From the NCBI GenBank assembly GCA_963823185.1, contig CAWGKP010000008.1, positions 677,590 through 741,589 of the forward strand: DNA of 64,000 nucleotides, written 5' to 3'. This DNA comes from an uncultured Acidobacteriota bacterium (GTDB taxonomy: Bacteria; Acidobacteriota; Thermoanaerobaculia; UBA5066; Gp7-AA6). Below, in pieces: positions 37,047 to 45,944 of the stretch. The notes below the pieces were generated by a model that worked only from the letters and a program-made list of their open reading frames with translations, had not been told where the DNA came from and searched no databases. Position numbers and translations under genes: made by a program. How positions within the stretch are numbered: position 1 is the first letter of the stretch; every line of letters begins with the position of its first letter.

Positions 37047-38567
37047 TTGAGCACGACGGTTCGGGACGATCCCCGGCGCCGGGAAGCGGCCGAGAAGCTC
37101 GCGGCCGAACGCCCGAGCCTCGAGTTCGGCAGTGCCTGGAGCTACGCGCCGTCGCCCGAGGCCACCGATCACGTCGCCATCGCGCCGCGCTACGGGCTCT
37201 TCATCGGCGGCCGCTTCGTCCCGCCGCGCTCGAAGAAGCACTTCCGCACGATCAATCCGGCCACCGAGGCGGTGCTCTCCGAGGTCGGGGAGGCCGGCGC
37301 GGCCGACGTGGACGCCGCGGTGCGCGCCGCCGAGGAGGCGTATCGGAAACGCTGGTCGAAGCTCGCTCCGGCCGCGCGCGGCAAGTACATCTACCGGATC
37401 GCGCGCCTGATCCAGGAGAAGGCGCGCGCCCTCGCGGTGCTGGAGACGATGAACGGCGGCAAGCCGATCAAGGAGTCCCGCGACGTCGATGTCCCGCTCG
37501 CTGCCGCGCACTTCTTCTACTACGCGGGATGGGCCGACAAGCTCTCGTGGGCCTTCCGCGGGCGGCGCGCGGAGCCGCTCGGCGTCTGCGGCCAGATCAT
37601 TCCGTGGAACTTCCCGCTCCTCATGGCGGCCTGGAAGATCGCGCCGGCGCTCGCGTGCGGAAACACCGTCGTCCTGAAGCCCGCGGAGACCACGCCGCTG
37701 ACGGCGCTCGCGCTCGCCGAGATCTGCCGCGAGGCGGATCTGCCGCCCGGCGTCGTCAACGTCGTCACCGGCGCCGGCGAGACGGGCGCGCACGTCGTCA
37801 ACCATCCGCGCGTCGCCAAGATCGCCTTCACAGGGTCCACCGAGGTCGGCAAGATCATCCAGCGCGCGGTCGCAGGGACCGGCAAGCGCCTGACGCTCGA
37901 GCTCGGCGGCAAGGCCGCCAACATCGTCTTCGAAGACGCGGCGATCGACCAGGCGGTCGAGGGCATCGTGAACGGCATCTATTTCAACCAGGGCCACGTC
38001 TGCTGCGCCGGCTCGCGCCTGCTCGTCCAGGAGTCGATCGAGCCCGTCGTGCGCCGCAAGCTCGCCTACCGGATCGCGACGCTGCGGCTGGGCGATCCGC
38101 TCGACAAGAACACCGACGTCGGCGCGATCAACTCCGCGGCGCAGCTCGCGAAGATTCGCGAGCTCGTTCAGAGCGGCGTGGACGAGGGCGCCGAGCTCCA
38201 CCAGTCGGCGTGCGCGATCCCCGTCAAGGGCTACTGGTTCCCGCCGACGTTCTTCACCGGCGTCGCCCAGTCCCATCGCATCGCGCACGAGGAGATCTTC
38301 GGTCCCGTGCTCGCCGTGATGACGTTCCGGACGCCGGAGGAGGCGATCGAGAAGGCGAACAACACGCCCTACGGCCTGTCGGCCGGCGTCTGGACCGACA
38401 AGGGATCGAAGATCTTCCGGGTCTCCTCCAAGCTCCGCGCCGGCGTCGTGTGGGCGAACACGTTCAACAAGTTCGACCCGGCCTCGCCCTTCGGCGGCTA
38501 CAAGGAGTCGGGGTTCGGACGCGAGGGCGGCGTGCAGGGACTCAAGGAGTACGTGGAGCTCGGATGA
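37047..38567 (+). CDS. NAD(P)-dependent aldehyde dehydrogenase
   Basis: Full-length ALDH with FTGSTEVGK, LELGGK, GQVCCAGSR-like catalytic Cys context (GHVCCAGSR), and EEIFGPV. Confidence 0.93.
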   Translation: MSTTVRDDPRRREAAEKLAAERPSLEFGSAWSYAPSPEATDHVAIAPRYGLFIGGRFVPPRSKKHFRTINPATEAVLSEVGEAGAADVDAAVRAAEEAYRKRWSKLAPAARGKYIYRIARLIQEKARALAVLETMNGGKPIKESRDVDVPLAAAHFFYYAGWADKLSWAFRGRRAEPLGVCGQIIPWNFPLLMAAWKIAPALACGNTVVLKPAETTPLTALALAEICREADLPPGVVNVVTGAGETGAHVVNHPRVAKIAFTGSTEVGKIIQRAVAGTGKRLTLELGGKAANIVFEDAAIDQAVEGIVNGIYFNQGHVCCAGSRLLVQESIEPVVRRKLAYRIATLRLGDPLDKNTDVGAINSAAQLAKIRELVQSGVDEGAELHQSACAIPVKGYWFPPTFFTGVAQSHRIAHEEIFGPVLAVMTFRTPEEAIEKANNTPYGLSAGVWTDKGSKIFRVSSKLRAGVVWANTFNKFDPASPFGGYKESGFGREGGVQGLKEYVELG

Positions 38568-39436
38568 GCGCCGAACTGCCAGTCCGCAAGACCTACAAAT
38601 TGTTCATCGGCGGCGAGATGGTGCGCACCGAGTCAGGCCGCTCGGACCCGATCTACTCGCCGAAGCCGACGAAGGCGCTCCTCGCCAACGTCTCGCGCGG
38701 GTCGCGCAAGGACGTGCGCGACGCCGTCGGCAAGGCGCGCGGCGCCCAGGAGGGCTGGGCGAAGAAGACCGGATACCTGCGCGGGCAGATCCTCTACCGC
38801 ATGGCGGAGATGCTCGAAGGACGGGCCGAGTCGTTCGAGAAGATCCTGCGCGAGAGCCGCGGCCTCTCCCCCGCCGCCGCGCGCCGCGAGGTGCGCGCGT
38901 CGATCGACCGGATCGTTCATTACGCTGGCTGGTCCGACAAGTACGGCGCGCTCCTCTCGACGGTCAATCCGGTGGCGTCGTCGTACTACGACTTCTCGGT
39001 GCCGGAGCCCACGGGCGTGGTCGGCGTCGTCGCGCCGGAGACTCCCGAGCTCCTCGGCCTCGTGACGTACCTCGCGCCCGTGATCGTCTCCGGCAACGCG
39101 GCGGTCGTGCTCCTCTCCGAGCGGCATCCGCTCGCCGGGCTCGAGCTCGGCGAGGTCCTCGCGACCTCCGACCTGCCGGCCGGCGTCGCCAACCTGATCT
39201 CGGGCCGCAAGGAAGAGCTCGTGCCGCACCTCGCGCGCCACATGGACGTCAACGCGATCTGCGACGCGGGCGGCGACGCGGCGCTGTCGAAGGCGATCGC
39301 GCAGGACGCCGCCGTCAACGTCAAGCGCGTGAAGCGCTATGCGCCGCCCGATCTCTTCGCCGAGAAGGCGCAAGGCCTCGACGTCATCGAAGCCTTCATC
39401 GAGACCAAGACCACCTGGCACCCGGTCGGGGTGTAG
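38564..39436 (+). CDS. aldehyde dehydrogenase-like protein, N-terminal half only (no catalytic Cys/Glu region)
   Basis: The ATG at 38564 overlaps the ALDH stop (ATGA). YKLFIGGEMV...GWAKKTGYLRGQILYRMAEML...EPTGVVGVV follow ALDH N-terminal patterns, but the protein ends (290 aa) before the catalytic domain. Confidence 0.7.
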   Translation: MSAELPVRKTYKLFIGGEMVRTESGRSDPIYSPKPTKALLANVSRGSRKDVRDAVGKARGAQEGWAKKTGYLRGQILYRMAEMLEGRAESFEKILRESRGLSPAAARREVRASIDRIVHYAGWSDKYGALLSTVNPVASSYYDFSVPEPTGVVGVVAPETPELLGLVTYLAPVIVSGNAAVVLLSERHPLAGLELGEVLATSDLPAGVANLISGRKEELVPHLARHMDVNAICDAGGDAALSKAIAQDAAVNVKRVKRYAPPDLFAEKAQGLDVIEAFIETKTTWHPVGV

Positions 39437-39449
39437 CTCGAGGGAACCC

Positions 39450-41945
39450 ATGAGGCGCGTGGCGTTTCCGGCGCTCGCCCTGGCCCTGGCGGTCGCCGGC
39501 GCTCCCGACGCACCCGCGACCAATCTCTGGACCGGCACCGGTCCCGAGGGCGGTCTCGTCACGGCGGTCGCGATCGATCCGACCAATCCTCTGATCGTCT
39601 ACGCCGGCTTCGAGGGCGGCGGCAGCGGCGGCTCGACACAATTTCCGGGCGGGATCTTCAAATCGACCGACGGCGGCCAAACCTGGAAGCCCGCTCTCTC
39701 CGGCCTGAGCGGAAGTCCCGTGCGCTCCATTGCGATTGATCCCGCGAATAGCGACACCATTTACGCCGGAACAGAGGGCGGGATTTACAAGACCGAATCC
39801 GGGGGAGACAGCTGGTCGCTCATGGACTCCCCTCCCGGTACTCCCTTACTCGCGTATGACGTCGTGATTCATCCGGCAGTCCACACGACCCTCTTCGCCG
39901 CCGCAAGCGATGGCATTGCTCTCAGTGCCAATTCCGGACTGGGTTGGACGCTGTGCGCATCGGTGACGACGGACACGCGGACGGTCGCGTTCGATCCGGC
40001 GTCGCCGTCCATCCTTCACACGATGGGCTACCTCGACCAGATGTTCACGAGCACTGACGGCGGTCTCAACTGGAGCCCGTCGGCGACCAACCAGACCCGG
40101 ATCAAGGTCTGGAAGCTCGTCATCGATCCCACCGATTCCACACACCTCTGGGCGGCGACCGATGGCGGCCTGTTTACGAGCATCGACGGCGGGGCGACGT
40201 TTGCTATGGTCGCCGGCGGTCTTCCGGCCGTGCGCGTTCTGTCGCTCGTCTTGCGCGGCTCGCGCCTGTACGCCGGGACGGCAGCGGCCGGCGTCTTCGT
40301 CAGCGAGAACGGCGGCGTCGACTGGGCGCCGGCGAACACGGGGCTCGGGACGCACGTCATCCGTTCGATCGCGGTCTCCCCCCTAGACGACGTGGACGCA
40401 TTCGCCGGAACGGACGCGGGAGTGTCTCACACGGTCGACGCAGGCGCGCACTGGACGCCGAGGAATTCCGGGATCGTCCGCACCTGGGTGACGACGCTGA
40501 CCGCCGATCCGAGGGTCACCGGAGCCTTCGACGCCGGAACGACGAGCGGTCTCTTTCGCACGACAGATCGGGGTGCGACCTGGACCCGATTGGACGCGTT
40601 TCCCGAAGGCTACCCGACCGCCACAACGATCGACCCCACGGACTCGCTCGTCCTCTACGCGGCCACCTCCAAGCGGCTTCCGGACGACCACTCCGAATCT
40701 CGCATTTTCCGGAGCATCGACGGAGGCGCGACGTGGCAGGAGACGGGATTCCCCGCGACCACGACTGCGATCGTCGATTCTCTCATCGTCGATCCGACGG
40801 CGCCGGCGACGGTCTACGCGGCCGGCCGCGGAATGAACGTGATCAAGTCGATCGACTCGGGAACGACCTGGGACCCGGCGAGCACCGGCCTCACGGATGA
40901 TCTCATCCTCTCCCTCGTTCTCGACCAGTCGCACCCGGGAACGCTTTACGCGGGAACCGTCGACCACCTCGTCTTCAAGACAACCGACGGCGCCGCGCAC
41001 TGGAACGAGCTTCCCGGCAGTCCGTTCCGCGCGACCGCACTGGCGATCGCTACCGGCGGCGTTCTCTACGCCGGAAGCAGTGGCATCTTTCGGAGCTCCG
41101 ACGGCGGCGCGTCCTGGCAGCCACGGTGCGCCGGGTTGTGCTCGCTCTACCCCCTGACCGTGCAGGCGATCGCCGTCGACCCGCGTCGGCCGTCGAGCCT
41201 CTACGTCTCGGCGACGGGAGGCAATCCCGACGGTTCCGACGGCGGAGTGTTCGAAAGCCTCGATGGCGCCGCGAGCTGGCATCCACGCAACGCCGGCTTG
41301 GCAACGTACTTCACGGGACAGCTGTCGATCGACTCCCGGGCCCCGTTCGTCCTCGTCGGCACGGTCGGCGGCGCGGGCGTTTTCTCGTCGCTCATTCCCT
41401 ACGCCGACGTCTCCACCACGAGCCCTTTCGCCAACGCGATCGATGCGGTCACTCGCAATGGCATCACGCTCGGATGCGGACAGGGCAATTACTGTCCGGA
41501 CGACCTCGTCACGCGCGCCCAGATGGCGATCTTCATTCTTCGCGGCGAGCACGGCGGCGCCTATCAGCCGCCTCCGGCGACGGGGACGGTCTTCACCGAC
41601 GTGCCTTCGACGGCGTTCGGCGCCCCTTGGATCGAGCAGCTCGCGGCCGAGAAGATCTCCACCGGCTGCGGCAACGGCAACTACTGCCCCGACGACTCCG
41701 TCGCGCGCGACCAGATGGCCGTCTTCCTTCTGCGAGGAAAGAACGGCGGCGCCTACAAACCGCCGGCCGCGACGGGCGGCGTCTTCGGCGACGTGACGCC
41801 GGCGACGTACCTCGCCGCCTGGATCGAGCAAATGCCCGCACAAGGCATCAGCTCCGGCTGCGGCGGCGGCAACTACTGCCCGGCCGGCCTCGTGACGCGT
41901 GCCCAGATGGCCGCGTTCCTGACGCGCGCGTTCGGGCTGCAGTAG
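39450..41945 (+). CDS. secreted BNR/Asp-box repeat beta-propeller protein with three C-terminal SLH-like repeats
   Basis: Signal peptide MRRVAFPALALALAVAGAPDA. About 13 SxDxGxTW-type boxes (STDGGQTWKP, STDGGLNWSP, SIDGGATWQE, SSDGGASWQP ...). Three ~60-aa C-terminal repeats carry F.DV....W/AI......GI..GCG.GNYCP...VTRAQMA.FL.R. Confidence 0.75.
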   Translation: MRRVAFPALALALAVAGAPDAPATNLWTGTGPEGGLVTAVAIDPTNPLIVYAGFEGGGSGGSTQFPGGIFKSTDGGQTWKPALSGLSGSPVRSIAIDPANSDTIYAGTEGGIYKTESGGDSWSLMDSPPGTPLLAYDVVIHPAVHTTLFAAASDGIALSANSGLGWTLCASVTTDTRTVAFDPASPSILHTMGYLDQMFTSTDGGLNWSPSATNQTRIKVWKLVIDPTDSTHLWAATDGGLFTSIDGGATFAMVAGGLPAVRVLSLVLRGSRLYAGTAAAGVFVSENGGVDWAPANTGLGTHVIRSIAVSPLDDVDAFAGTDAGVSHTVDAGAHWTPRNSGIVRTWVTTLTADPRVTGAFDAGTTSGLFRTTDRGATWTRLDAFPEGYPTATTIDPTDSLVLYAATSKRLPDDHSESRIFRSIDGGATWQETGFPATTTAIVDSLIVDPTAPATVYAAGRGMNVIKSIDSGTTWDPASTGLTDDLILSLVLDQSHPGTLYAGTVDHLVFKTTDGAAHWNELPGSPFRATALAIATGGVLYAGSSGIFRSSDGGASWQPRCAGLCSLYPLTVQAIAVDPRRPSSLYVSATGGNPDGSDGGVFESLDGAASWHPRNAGLATYFTGQLSIDSRAPFVLVGTVGGAGVFSSLIPYADVSTTSPFANAIDAVTRNGITLGCGQGNYCPDDLVTRAQMAIFILRGEHGGAYQPPPATGTVFTDVPSTAFGAPWIEQLAAEKISTGCGNGNYCPDDSVARDQMAVFLLRGKNGGAYKPPAATGGVFGDVTPATYLAAWIEQMPAQGISSGCGGGNYCPAGLVTRAQMAAFLTRAFGLQ

Positions 41946-41987
41946 GGAAATCTCGAAGAGGGTCCGTCGCACCCGGCGCACGATCGG

Positions 41988-42476
41988 CTAGGTCGGCTCC
42001 CCCGCCGCGGCCAGCCGCGCGAGCGCGTTGCCCTCCAGGATGTAGCGCAGCCACTCGGTCGGCGGGCAGCCGCCGAGTCGGCGATAGAACCGGAGCGCAC
42101 CTTCGTTCCAGTCGAGCACGGACCACTCGACGCGCGCGGCGCCGCGCACCACGGCCTCCCGCGCCACCGCGGCGACGAGCGCCTCTCCGAGACCTTTCCC
42201 CCGCGCCGCCTCCGTCACGACGAGATCCTCGAGAAACAGGAATGGCCGCGCGCGGAACGAATTGATTCCCTCGTAGAAGATCGCATGGCCCTCGATCCGG
42301 CCCTCGAGCTCCGCTACGAAAGACTCCGCGCGACCGGTGTCGAAGATCCAGGCGGCGAGGCGCGCCGCCTCGGCGTCGTCCGGCGGCGGCATCTTCTCGA
42401 AGTGCGCCAGCTCGCGCTCGAGCTCGAGCATGCGCGGCCAGTCCTCGCGGCGCGCGCGCCGCACGAGAGGCTTCAC
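41988..42476 (-). CDS. GNAT family N-acetyltransferase
   Basis: LEDLVVTEAARGKGLGEALV (acetyl-CoA binding Q/RxxGxG/A) and ALRFYRRLGG. Confidence 0.85.
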   Translation of the reverse strand: MKPLVRRARREDWPRMLELERELAHFEKMPPPDDAEAARLAAWIFDTGRAESFVAELEGRIEGHAIFYEGINSFRARPFLFLEDLVVTEAARGKGLGEALVAAVAREAVVRGAARVEWSVLDWNEGALRFYRRLGGCPPTEWLRYILEGNALARLAAAGEPT

Positions 42477-42480
42477 GGGA

Positions 42481-42999
42481 TCACTGTGCCGCGGCGACCT
42501 TCGCGAAGTCGACGCGGCCGAGGAGTTTCAACGCATCGGCCTGCTCGACGTTGGCTCCCTGCCCGAGCACGAGGCGTCCGGGAGAGACGACGACGGTCAC
42601 GAGGGTCGTCGGCTGCCCCTGGGAGTGATCCGTGATCGCGTACGCGGGGAATCCCCCGACCTTCGTCTGCGCCGTCTCGACGCCGGCCGTCTTGCCCGCC
42701 TCGGCCATGGCCTTGCGGATCGCGCTCTCGAGGTCGGCGCCCTTCCCGTAGTCCTGCACGACGATCCGGAACTGGCGCGCCGCGGAGGGCTCGATCTTCT
42801 GGAAGAAGCGGGACACCTCCGTGTACGTGCCCATCTCGTTCTCGTCGGTGTCGGGCAGCGGATCGCGCGGCGCCGCGTCCCAACCGGGCAGGCTCTTGGG
42901 GATCCCGTCGCGGAGGGAAAGAGGCCAGCTCGCGGAAAGGAGCGCCGGGGCCGCGAGGCAGAGCACCAGAGCGGCCACGCCGGCCTTGCGCGAAACCAT
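42481..42999 (-). CDS. secreted hypothetical protein
   Basis: The in-frame ATG at 42999 gives signal peptide MVSRKAGVAALVLCLAAPALLSA. The track start 43044 would overlap the HU terminator. Confidence 0.45.
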   Translation of the reverse strand: MVSRKAGVAALVLCLAAPALLSASWPLSLRDGIPKSLPGWDAAPRDPLPDTDENEMGTYTEVSRFFQKIEPSAARQFRIVVQDYGKGADLESAIRKAMAEAGKTAGVETAQTKVGGFPAYAITDHSQGQPTTLVTVVVSPGRLVLGQGANVEQADALKLLGRVDFAKVAAAQ

Positions 43000-43042
43000 C
43001 GCCCGATCAGGATAACCCACGCGGGCCGGAGAAAATCGCCGC

Positions 43043-43071
43043 AAAAAAAAGAGCGGCCCGAAGGCCGCTCT
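43043..43071 (-). terminator. intrinsic terminator after the HU gene
   Basis: The minus strand reads agagcggcc-ttcg-ggccgctct followed by tttttttt. Confidence 0.8.
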
Positions 43072-43094
43072 TTCTCACGCGAGTTTCGAGAGAT

Positions 43095-43394
43095 CTACTT
43101 CTTGGGTCCGAGAATCGCGTCCTTCGCCTTCTTGGAGACGCGGAACTTCACGACGCGCTTGGCGGGAATCTTGATCTCTTCGCCCGTCGCGGGGTTGCGG
43201 CCCATGCGGGCCTTCCGGTTCACGAGCACGAGCTTCCCGATGCCCGGGATGGTGAAGCTGTTCTTCGCCTCTTTGTAGGCGAGGGCCGTGAGGTCGTCGA
43301 GAAACTGTGTCGCCTGCTTCTTGGTCGTGCCGGTGGACTTGGCCAGATGATCCGCGGTCTGGGACTTCGAGAGCGCCTTCCCGTCCTTTGCCAT
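43095..43394 (-). CDS. hup: HU family DNA-binding protein
   Basis: 99 aa with FTIPGIGKLVLVNRKARMGRNPATGEEIKIPA, the HU/IHF beta-arm signature. Confidence 0.93.
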   Translation of the reverse strand: MAKDGKALSKSQTADHLAKSTGTTKKQATQFLDDLTALAYKEAKNSFTIPGIGKLVLVNRKARMGRNPATGEEIKIPAKRVVKFRVSKKAKDAILGPKK

Positions 43395-43735
43395 ATTTCA
43401 CTACCCCTTCTTCGAAAATTGGGATCGCCGCAAGCGGCGTGTCGAAACGGTTGCGTATTCTAATGCGCGGGACGCGCGGGCGCGCAAGAAAAAATCGCCC
43501 GCGTCGAACGGGAATCGCGTCGCGCGAGGACCCGCCCTCGCGCGCTAAGATGCGGTCTCGACCTCGCATGCCACGGCCCTCCCCTCACCCCGGATCGCGA
43601 CGTGGTCGGCGGCGCGTCGTCCCGCGAGGCGCCGGGCCGCAGGCTCGTCCGCCCCGGCCTCGAGGCGCCGCCCGGACCGCCCAGCGCCGCCGTTCTCGAA
43701 GCGCCTCCAACCGCTTCCGGCCCTGCGGGTTAGGC

Positions 43736-45124
43736 GTGTTTCGTCTCGCGGCGCCCGCGGCGATTCTCGCGCTCGCGGCACTGCTCGCAGGCGCCTGCGG
43801 GCGCGACTCCGCGGGACGGATCGCGGACCGCCTGCTGCGAGACTATCGCGCGAAATCGGGCCTGCGCCCGCTGCCGACGGCCGGGTCGATCCGCGTGCGC
43901 CTCTCGCCGGCCGGCGGCGAGGGGGGCGAGGCGGGCCTCGAGGAGATCGAGTGGGAGGGCGCGCGCTACCGCGAGACCCTCACCTCCGCCGGCGTCTCGA
44001 CCGTGCGCGGCATCCAGGGCGGCAAGGCGTTCTACGTCGACGAGGACGGCGTCACGCGGGTCGGATCCGAGCCGATGCTCGCGGAGCTGCTCACCCGATC
44101 CTACTTCTGGCGGCGCGCCTACCTCTTCGACGACCGCGAGCGCGCGAAGCTCGCGCTCGGTCCGGCGGACGCGTCGGGCCTGGCGATCTCGCTGCGCCCT
44201 CGCGGCGGCAACGATCTCGGCCTCGGCTTCGACCGCGACGCGAAGACGCTGCGCCGCGTTGCGTCGCCGCGCTTCCGCCTCGAGTTCGAGAACGCGACGC
44301 GCTTCCGGGACCTCTCGCGAATGCCCGTCGCGGGAGAGATCGTTTGGACGGGGCTGCCGACGCGGCGTCTGCCCGATCCGATCGTCGGCGGCTGGCACGG
44401 CCGGTTCATCGAGCCGTTCGCGGAGGCGCCCCTCGATCCGGAGCCGTCGCGCCTCGTGATCCCGGCGACGGTCTCGGGAAAGCCGGCGCGTCTCGCGCTC
44501 GACGCGGACGCGTCGGGACCTCTGCGCGTGACACCGGAGCTCGCGCGCCGCGCCGGCCTGTCGGGACGTCGGGACGTCTTCGGACGGATGCTCGCCGACG
44601 GCGGCACGCTCGCGATCGGATCGCTCACGATGCCCGGACTCCGCGTCGAGATCGGCGATACGCCGGAGGGGACCGATGCCGTCGCCGGTGGCGTGCTCAC
44701 GCGGGAGACGATCCTCGAGATCGATCCGGGCGCCGGACGCGTACGCATCCACGATCCCGCCCGCTGGGTCCCCCCCGGGGGATTCGGCCGCAACGCCGTG
44801 GACGACGACGGCAACGTGCCCGCCGCCATCCTGTTCCGGGCGGGCCGACGCCTGCGGCTGCGAGCCGGCGTGACCACACCGTCTCCGCTGCGTCTCGCGT
44901 CACGCACCGCCGCGGAGCTCGGCCTCGCGCCGGGCGCCGCGGAGCTCGACGGACTCGTCTGGGGGACGCTGCGCCTGCCTCCGATTCCGACGCGAATCCA
45001 GAGCGCGGGCTTCGACGCCGACTGGGGCGACGACGGCGCGATCGGCGCGCCGCTGCTGCGGCGATTCCACGTGTACCTCGATCTGCCGCACCGCTGGATC
45101 TACGTGAAGCCGCTCGGCGGCTGA
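43736..45124 (+). CDS. exported hypothetical protein (possible lipoprotein; weak retropepsin-like pattern)
   Basis: The GTG at 43736 gives MFRLAAPAAILALAALLAGAC. The later LALDADASGPLRVTPELARRAGL loosely resembles clan AA aspartyl protease segments. The upstream part of track ORF 43307..45124 is Arg-rich and probably non-coding. Confidence 0.45.
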   Translation: MFRLAAPAAILALAALLAGACGRDSAGRIADRLLRDYRAKSGLRPLPTAGSIRVRLSPAGGEGGEAGLEEIEWEGARYRETLTSAGVSTVRGIQGGKAFYVDEDGVTRVGSEPMLAELLTRSYFWRRAYLFDDRERAKLALGPADASGLAISLRPRGGNDLGLGFDRDAKTLRRVASPRFRLEFENATRFRDLSRMPVAGEIVWTGLPTRRLPDPIVGGWHGRFIEPFAEAPLDPEPSRLVIPATVSGKPARLALDADASGPLRVTPELARRAGLSGRRDVFGRMLADGGTLAIGSLTMPGLRVEIGDTPEGTDAVAGGVLTRETILEIDPGAGRVRIHDPARWVPPGGFGRNAVDDDGNVPAAILFRAGRRLRLRAGVTTPSPLRLASRTAAELGLAPGAAELDGLVWGTLRLPPIPTRIQSAGFDADWGDDGAIGAPLLRRFHVYLDLPHRWIYVKPLGG

Positions 45125-45137
45125 GCGGGCCGCCGCG

Positions 45138-45944
45138 TCAGCGCGCCCAGAGCGCGCGATAGCTCTCGAGGAGGCCCGTGCCTGCGAGCGCCGCGAGGAT
45201 CGCGCCCATCGCGAGGAAGACGCCGAACGGAATCTCGGTGCGCAGGCTCCCGCGCTTGCGCGCGATGAGGGCGAGGCCGACGAGGCTGCCGGCGACCGAC
45301 GCGAAGAACGCGGTGAGGAGAACGCCCCAGCCTCCGAGGAAGGCGCCGACCATCGCGAGCATTTTGACGTCGCCGAAGCCCATGGCGTCCACGCGGCGCA
45401 GCCGGCTCCAGGTCCATCCGAGGAGATAGAGGCCTCCCCCGCCGACCGCGGCGCCGACGAACGCCTGCAGCGGCGTCCGCTCGCGCGTGAAGAACGAGAG
45501 GACCAGCCCGATGACGATGCCCGGGAGAGTGATCACGTCGGGCAGGAGCTGGACGTCGGCGTCGATGAACGCGAGCGCGATGCAGGCCGAGGAAAGGAGC
45601 GCGCTCGAGGCAAAGTCGGCGGCGGACGGCGAGCGCAGGAAGAAGACGGCCCACAGAACGCCGTTGGCGAGCTCGACGAGCGGGTAGCGCGGCGAGATCC
45701 GGGCGCGGCACGCGCGGCAACGGCCGCGGAGCACGATCCAGGAGAGGACCGGCACGTTGTCCCACGGCGCGATCGCCGCGCCGCAGGAAGGGCAGCGCGA
45801 GCCCGGGTGGACGACGGACTCCTCGCGCGGAAGCCGGTGGATGAGAACGTTCAGGAAGCTGCCGACGATCAGGCCCGCGACACCCGCGATGACGAGACCG
45901 AAGACGCCGAGCGACCCGAACGGGGGCGACGCGAGAGCGCTCAC
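45138..45944 (-). CDS. pilD: prepilin peptidase (A24 family)
   Basis: CPSCG...CRAC zinc motif, LNVLIHRLP, and catalytic Asp contexts FIDADVQLLPD and GFGDVKMLA. The GTG at 45944 overlaps the stop of the upstream YfhO-like gene (GTGA). Confidence 0.92.
   Translation of the reverse strand: MSALASPPFGSLGVFGLVIAGVAGLIVGSFLNVLIHRLPREESVVHPGSRCPSCGAAIAPWDNVPVLSWIVLRGRCRACRARISPRYPLVELANGVLWAVFFLRSPSAADFASSALLSSACIALAFIDADVQLLPDVITLPGIVIGLVLSFFTRERTPLQAFVGAAVGGGGLYLLGWTWSRLRRVDAMGFGDVKMLAMVGAFLGGWGVLLTAFFASVAGSLVGLALIARKRGSLRTEIPFGVFLAMGAILAALAGTGLLESYRALWAR

Noticed and set aside
43307-43735. N-terminal 143-codon extension of ORF 43307-45124 and other ORFs in the 340-bp HU-divergent region.
   Set aside because: The extension is almost pure Arg/Pro/Gly/Ser with no hydrophobic core. 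It precedes a good signal peptide that begins at GTG 43736. The region more plausibly contains the divergent promoters of hup and the exported protein.
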